Source: a virus
Taxonomy: Duplodnaviria > Caudoviricetes
DNA: 63,922 bases
Virus record (IMG/VR): IMGVR_UViG_3300035670_000198
Location: 1-63,922 of that record
Direction: 5' to 3' (one strand)
This document shows, piece by piece, positions 61,005 through 63,922 of this stretch; position 1 is the stretch's first letter; every line of letters starts with the position of its first letter. The notes under the pieces were generated by a model. That model saw only the letters and a program-made list of their open reading frames with translations, did no database searches and was not told the origin of the DNA. The position numbers and the translations under genes were made by a program.

Positions 61005-61674
61005 CGTTCATTAGTGCTCTAAATTCGCGTTCTACACGATCAATATAAACAGGGTCTAACAATCTTATAGTTCGTTTTTTCTCATTTTCTTCAAATTCAA
61101 ACGTATAAATTGATACTGCTTTATTTTTCGTGACAACAGATAAAACATAATCAGGGTATGTCGCAGTTTTTGATTCAATTGTAAGAGATGAATCTGCTTC
61201 AGTTGGAAGCGAAACCTGCGGAGTCAATTCGTTTGTTGCGTAATCAACTTCATATTCGCTAATTATGGAACTTTCTTTAGTTTCATTCAGAATAACCCCA
61301 TTGAATACAGAAGTTGTAGTGGTCTCTTTTTCATAATGATGAACAATACTTTTTGCTTCTTGTACACTGATTCCATATTTACTTTCAATGTATTTGTTTA
61401 GTGCAAAATCTTTCAATGGCCAATCATAATTTGGATTCAAAATGTTATTGAATAGAAGAATCACCCAACTTCTATATGGATCGCCATATACTTTACTTGC
61501 AAGAACATCAGGTGTGTCAGAGTCTTTTATGATATACTCATAAGACAAATTGACATTATCAAGAATATCTCTAAGAAAGGTGTTTCTGGCTAAAATATCT
61601 GTGACTGCATTCACATTGATAGTATTTTTATCGAATGTATACAATAATTTTGGAAAACTTTCGAAGTATTTCAT
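60997..61674 (-). CDS. gp53: Baseplate wedge subunit
   Basis: YFESFP...DTPDVLASKVYGD...WVILLFNNI..P..DWP...HHYE...ENEKKR.I.LL. Confidence 0.92.
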   Translation of the reverse strand: MKYFESFPKLLYTFDKNTINVNAVTDILARNTFLRDILDNVNLSYEYIIKDSDTPDVLASKVYGDPYRSWVILLFNNILNPNYDWPLKDFALNKYIESKYGISVQEAKSIVHHYEKETTTTSVFNGVILNETKESSIISEYEVDYATNELTPQVSLPTEADSSLTIESKTATYPDYVLSVVTKNKAVSIYTFEFEENEKKRTIRLLDPVYIDRVEREFRALMNDG

Positions 61675-62897
61675 TAGTATCCCTGAGCGATAAGTTCTTT
61701 ATGCATAATCTCAACTTCTTTGAATCGCAATTGCATTGAAACTTCTACTGGCGCGCCATCTTTAAAGGCAGACCATTGGCCAGTACTTCCATAATTGACA
61801 TCAATTCCTTGGAGCACACAGGTTGATAATTTCGGCAAGTATGGATTTCGCCCCCCACCAACTGAAAATTCAATCTCAAATTCTGATGGTGGAATAAAAT
61901 AACGACCGCTATTTGTTGTTGGCACTTCTGGTGCTGCAAAAAAGCGAATAGTTTTTATAATTTCATGAATTGTATCTGTTTCTTGTTGATTGCGGGGAGC
62001 AAATTTGAAATCAAACATAAATTCTCTGTTTTGAATATTCTTGAACAGCAATTCAACTTGAGGGTTGAGCGCAACGCCCGCAGAAAACAAAAGAACATCA
62101 GTTATTCCTGCACCAAAGTTTCCTGTTTTCTCAGCAATTGCTCCACCAGCTTCAGCAAGTGCACCAGCCTTTGTATCTGCTGAAGCAACGCCACCTCCAC
62201 CCAATCCCAGATTGCCACCGTTTTTAGCAATTCCGATAGCGTCTGCAATCGACTCACCAGCAGAAGCAACTAAACCTGCTCTACCTAAAGCCGCCGTCAA
62301 ACTAACTTGGTCATAATCATTCACTTGTTGCATTGTGACTGTATCTGGCATATACAATGTTATAGATGCTGCGGCTCTTTTTGTCTTACGACCAAGGTTG
62401 ATCGAACTTACAATTGCGCCAGAAGCGATGCCGCCCAACGCAGAGCCGAAGGCACCAGCTGCAGCCTGTCCACCCTCTCTATAGGCACCTCTTATATCTC
62501 CCTCCGCCAATTCTCCAATAATTCCTCCAGCGGCGTCTGCAAACTTTTCGATTCCACCCAACAGAGCTAGTCCTGCTGCGACTCCAAAAGAACCTCCAGC
62601 TGAAAATGGATCAATACTACCTGCACCACTTCTAGAGGCGCGGTTCTGGTCAGCAGTAGATTGACCTGCCGCACCGACTGCAGTCTGAACTTGATACGAA
62701 GATTTCTGCTGTATACATGGAGTCAACTTTATATAATGTAGTCTTTTTCCACTATTACCAACTTCTGATGGGAATCTTAGATCTTTAAAATCATAATTAC
62801 TACTTTCTAATTTTCTTTGCTCACCACTTGGATCTCTGGTGATCACTGGTTGCGCATTTCTTTTTGCGTCTGTTGGAGATGCTTGTTGATTTGCCAT
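61674..62897 (-). CDS. gp48: Baseplate tail tube cap
   Basis: ITLYMPD...NPQVELLF...REFMFDFKFAPRN..E...F..PSEF...CVL..IDVNY...DGAPV...L.FKE. Confidence 0.9.
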   Translation of the reverse strand: MANQQASPTDAKRNAQPVITRDPSGEQRKLESSNYDFKDLRFPSEVGNSGKRLHYIKLTPCIQQKSSYQVQTAVGAAGQSTADQNRASRSGAGSIDPFSAGGSFGVAAGLALLGGIEKFADAAGGIIGELAEGDIRGAYREGGQAAAGAFGSALGGIASGAIVSSINLGRKTKRAAASITLYMPDTVTMQQVNDYDQVSLTAALGRAGLVASAGESIADAIGIAKNGGNLGLGGGGVASADTKAGALAEAGGAIAEKTGNFGAGITDVLLFSAGVALNPQVELLFKNIQNREFMFDFKFAPRNQQETDTIHEIIKTIRFFAAPEVPTTNSGRYFIPPSEFEIEFSVGGGRNPYLPKLSTCVLQGIDVNYGSTGQWSAFKDGAPVEVSMQLRFKEVEIMHKELIAQGY

Positions 62898-62907
62898 CGA
62901 GTAGCCC

Positions 62908-62915
62908 TATAAATA
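62908..62915 (+). promoter_or_regulatory. T4 late promoter TATAAATA
   Basis: Exact consensus, 5 nt before the gp4 ATG. Confidence 0.85.
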
Positions 62916-62920
62916 GTTGT

Positions 62921-63355
62921 ATGGCTTATAGTGGTAAATTTAGTCCTAAAAATACCAATAAATATTTAGGTGACCCAACGAACATCTGGTATCGTAGTCT
63001 GTGGGAGCGCCGAGTTATGGTGCACCTAGACGAAAATCCAAATGTAGTTGAATGGTCTAATGAAGAAATTGTAATACCATATTTATCACCTGTCGACAAT
63101 CGCTGGCATCGCTATTTCCCAGACTTCTTTGTTCGTGTTTTGAATAGAAATGGAATGAAAGAGGCGATGATTCTAGAAGTAAAACCTAAGAGTCAGTCTC
63201 AGCCTCCCGTGAAAAAGTCTAAAATCACTCGGAAGTATATCAACGAAGTAATGACTTGGGGTGTGAATGAGGCGAAATGGAAAGCAGCCGACGTATATTG
63301 TAACGAAAGGGGATGGAAGTTTAGAGTCATCACCGAGGAACATCTAGGAATCTAA
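62921..63355 (+). CDS. gp4: Head completion protein (TnsA-like nuclease fold)
   Basis: Start reassigned to MAYSGKF; KY.GD..NI.YRSLWE...WSNEE..IPY...HRYFPDF...EVKP..Q...N.AKW.AA. Confidence 0.95.
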   Translation: MAYSGKFSPKNTNKYLGDPTNIWYRSLWERRVMVHLDENPNVVEWSNEEIVIPYLSPVDNRWHRYFPDFFVRVLNRNGMKEAMILEVKPKSQSQPPVKKSKITRKYINEVMTWGVNEAKWKAADVYCNERGWKFRVITEEHLGI

Positions 63356-63906
63356 TGTCAACTTCTCTTTTTGATAAGGTCTCCTCTCAACTTCGAGCCC
63401 AAGGCATTCAGCCAAGAACATCTGCGGCTCAGGCTTGGCTTCGAGAGAAGATCACAGCCCTACGAATTCCGACCAATCGTTCTAATATCCTCAACGATGC
63501 AAAGAGAGTTTCAGGTAAAACTTTCGTTGGTAGAATGTATTTCTACCACTACGAGCCCAAACTGAAGGACGTCTTACCTGTATGGGACAAGTTTCCTCTC
63601 GTGATTCCGATGGAGACGTACTCTGATGGCTTCCTAGCCATGAACCTACACTACCTGGATCCATACAATCGATTGGCTCTTCTCAACAGACTCTACGATT
63701 TCGCAAACAACGATAAATATGATGACACGACTCGCCTAAATTTGTCATATGATCTGCTGGCGTCGTCGAGACGATACAAGTTATTTGAACCTTGCATAAA
63801 GCGATATCTTTTGAGTCACATTCGTTCTTCTATCATTTATATCGAGCCAGATAACTGGGAAACTGCTATATTCCTACCAACCGAAAAGATGATCTATAAG
63901 AAATAA
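63355..63906 (+). CDS. gp2: DNA end protector protein
   Basis: GRMYFY.YEPK.K..LP.WDKFPLV...GFLAMNLHYL...CIKRYL..HIRS...W..A.FLP. Confidence 0.95.
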   Translation: MSTSLFDKVSSQLRAQGIQPRTSAAQAWLREKITALRIPTNRSNILNDAKRVSGKTFVGRMYFYHYEPKLKDVLPVWDKFPLVIPMETYSDGFLAMNLHYLDPYNRLALLNRLYDFANNDKYDDTTRLNLSYDLLASSRRYKLFEPCIKRYLLSHIRSSIIYIEPDNWETAIFLPTEKMIYKK

Positions 63907-63922
63907 TGTTCAAAGTATCCGA

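Noticed and set aside
62864-62920. Longer N-terminus for gp4; transposase or homing endonuclease call
   Set aside because: The extension overlaps gp48 and the late promoter. The TnsA-like fold next to gp2 is normal for gp4.
1-63922. tRNA, rRNA, introns, inteins in gp17/gp20/gp23
   Set aside because: Intergenic gaps are too short and the core proteins are uninterrupted and of ordinary length. Judged by eye only.

Overview
Virion morphogenesis region of a large T4-like myophage. Gene order resembles cyanophage or freshwater T4-like phages; the host cannot be determined here. Almost everything is on the minus strand: baseplate (gp48, gp53, gp27-like hub, gp5, gp25, gp6, gp7, gp8, a split VrlC/DUF4815-like protein), a ~21 kb accessory fibre island, neck (gp13-15), a second fibre insert, terminase (gp16/17), sheath and tube, portal, prohead core, protease, capsid, gp3 and uvsY. 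gp4 and gp2 run divergently at the right end, and T4-type late promoters (TATAAATA / xTAAATA) punctuate the region. The main discovery is at 29.2-40.9 kb. Three Tyr/Asn/Gly/Pro repeat proteins follow a binary complementarity code: a unit with Gly three residues after the aromatic faces a unit without it, in antiparallel register like a nucleic-acid stem. One 884-aa protein forms a 44+44-unit hairpin. A paralog is split into two genes that are complementary to each other, with a Hint (intein-like) domain at the split point and Ser after the start Met of the second gene. These genes are interleaved with late-promoter-driven modification enzymes: a prolyl-hydroxylase-like 2OG oxygenase, a degenerate paralog, a GT60 Skp1-type GlcNAc transferase and two DUF6065-like proteins. 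All assignments come from motif recognition and hand counts; no searches were run.
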